DNA from: Malacoraja senta
Taxonomy: Eukaryota
NCBI GenBank assembly: GCA_038087875.1
Contig: CM075995.1
Coordinates: 746,001 to 809,812 of the forward strand
Reading direction: 5' to 3'
Length of the DNA stretch: 63,812 nt
How positions within the stretch are numbered: position 1 is the first letter of the stretch; each line of letters starts with the position of its first letter. Position numbers and translations under genes: made by a program. Of the stretch, positions 61,828 through 63,812 are shown piece after piece. The notes under the pieces are model-generated. The model saw only the letters and a list, made by a program, of their open reading frames with translations, was not told the DNA's origin and searched no databases.

Positions 61828-61906
61828 AACCTGGCGTGCACAAACAGAAGATCAAACAGAACAAGTTGTCTTACAACTTTAGGCTGTGCACGCCATACAC
61901 AAGATG
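61774..61906 (+). mobile_element. Ribozyme-headed non-autonomous retroelement, copy 2
   Basis: Homologous to copy 1 and starts at the same G; imperfect TSD ATTATAATCT(ATATAAT)GGAC / ATTATAATCTGGAC. Confidence 0.8.
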
Positions 61907-62630
61907 ATTATAATCTGGACACAAATTCAGCGGGTCGTGCAGCATCTCTGGAGAACATACGTTTCGGGTCGGGATCCTCCTTCAGGATCATGGAGAGGTG
62001 ACGTTTTTGGGCCAGCACTCTTCTTCTGACTCATTCCACTAATCTGAAGAAGGGTCCCGGGCCAAAACGTCACCCATCCACATTCTCAGGAGATGCTGCC
62101 TGACCTGCTGAGCAACTCCAGCACTTTGCCCTTTTTAAAAAAAAATAACCAGCTTCTGCAGTTTCTGGTTTCTACTCTCCATCCAGTATACGCTTCTCTC
62201 CATTAGCCCTCACCGAAACCCGCTAGAAGTGAAACACATTTTAAGCACCACTGAATCAGTTATCCACGCTACATCTCTTTTATGCCTTGAAGTTTTGAAC
62301 TTTGTCCTTCCATGCTTCATTGATTTAAAAAAATTGTACATATAGAGCAAAACAAATGAAATATGAAAATAGCGGTCGAACAAGTCGCACGGCGTCAAAT
62401 TTTAATCTTTTTTTATTTTGAACATATTTAGTAGAGGAGAATGTTGAAATATTATAAAGCAGTTTACACAGTATAGAAACATGACAGTAAAAGTTTTACG
62501 AAGATTTAAGCTTTTGAAGAATATTATAATTTAGCAACTTGGAAAAATGTCTTCAAAAAAAGTTGCTGATTTTCCCTGGTAAGAAAAAATTAGATTATTT
62601 CTCACGTGCCCCCCCCCCCCCTCTTCAAGT

Positions 62631-62634
<4 letters not shown>

Positions 62635-62682
<48 letters not shown>
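62635..62682. repeat. (AT)n microsatellite
   Basis: About 24 AT units. Confidence 0.95.
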
Positions 62683-62687
<5 letters not shown>

Positions 62688-63812
62688 GAAAAATCGGAAT
62701 TTAGAAAAGTAACTTGTTGGAAGCACGTGGAAGAATAGAAACATTTATGTCAGCAAGAAGAAGATAGACACGAAATGCTGGAGTAACTCAGCGGGACAGG
62801 CGGCATCTCTGGAGAGAAGGAATGGGTGACCTTTTGCCTCGATAACCTTTCTTCAGACTGAAAATAGCGGGATGGTGGCGAGAAAAGACCAGGACAAATC
62901 AGGGTGAGCAGCGGATGGCCACAGGCAAGGTGGTTCCCCCAGAGGCCAACTGTTGGCCAGGGAAGGCGAGATCTTAAGAGGGAATACAATGGGGTGAACT
63001 GCAGAGATAGACACACACAATGCTGGAGTAACTCAGCGGGACAGGCAGCATCCCCGGACAGAAGGAATGGTGACGCTTCGGGTCCAGACTCAGTCTGAAG
63101 AAGGGTGTCGACCCAAAGCGTCACCCATTCCTTGTCCCACTGGGTCACTCTAGCATGTTGTGTCCATCTTCGGTGTAAACCAGCATCTGCAGTTCCCTCC
63201 TCTACATGGGTAAACTTTGGGACTGGCTCAATGACTAGGGTGAAGTAAGAGGGGTGGGGGGGAAAGAGGAGGGGAGAGATTGTAGAAATGACTTAAAATT
63301 AGAGAATTCAACATTCATACCGCTGGATTGTACTTAGAAATTAGAGAATACAATGTACACTCCAGCATTTTTTGTCTATCTTTGGTTTAAACCAGCATCT
63401 GCAGTTCCTTCCTACACATTAAGTCAGCAAGCAATTGAGAATTAGAAGCAGGCAGAGGGAGTTAAATCTATCTACCAAGCTGAATAGTAGTTTGAAAAAA
63501 TTTCAACAAAAATTAAAAAGTTAAATGTTTCTATAATCAGAGGTCTGTATGTGTAGAGCTTATAACATTAGAAAGAGAAAAAAAAACCTTCAGAGTAAAT
63601 ATTAATTTAATATCCTAAAAATTGACATCTGTCAAGAATAATACCACTGAATAGTGCGTCATAGAAATATTTTAAATAAACTGGTCAACATTTTGAAGTT
63701 CGATATAGTTTAACAATATAAACCAATCCCTACTTAATAATTTATCTGCAATGAGCTGAATACATACACAGTTTCGCACTTTCTAATTTTCCCTTCGACA
63801 GTGCATAGGATT

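Overview
Eukaryotic, repeat-dominated, largely non-coding 64-kb window from a cartilaginous fish, most likely a skate or ray, judged from abundant HE1-type V-SINEs and HER/CR1 LINEs. No intact host protein-coding gene is evident; almost all ORFs come from CR1, Rex1/Babar, Penelope, Vingi-like, Gypsy, PIF/Harbinger-MITE or Helitron debris, or from simple repeats. Highlights: (1) two copies of a ~135-140 nt TSD-flanked mini-retroelement whose 5' end falls exactly on a minimal CPEB3/HDV-like self-cleaving ribozyme fold (60127, 61774), with a tail resembling that of a Vingi-like LINE in the same window; (2) a 2-kb TSD-flanked composite insertion inside a SINE that holds an apparently spliced TMC2-like fragment between two outward-facing LINE 3' ends (23281-25290); (3) a second HDV-like fold at the 5' end of a bipartite RTE-type element, plus many Penelope-borne minimal hammerhead motifs; (4) non-autonomous Helitrons carrying a repeated core-promoter/first-exon cassette; (5) an internally deleted Gypsy element with an exact tRNA-Leu PBS; (6) a CpG island next to a ~500-bp alternating purine-pyrimidine tract, with candidate minus-strand non-coding exons. 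Family assignments come from recalled motifs, not database searches, and most repeat boundaries are approximate.
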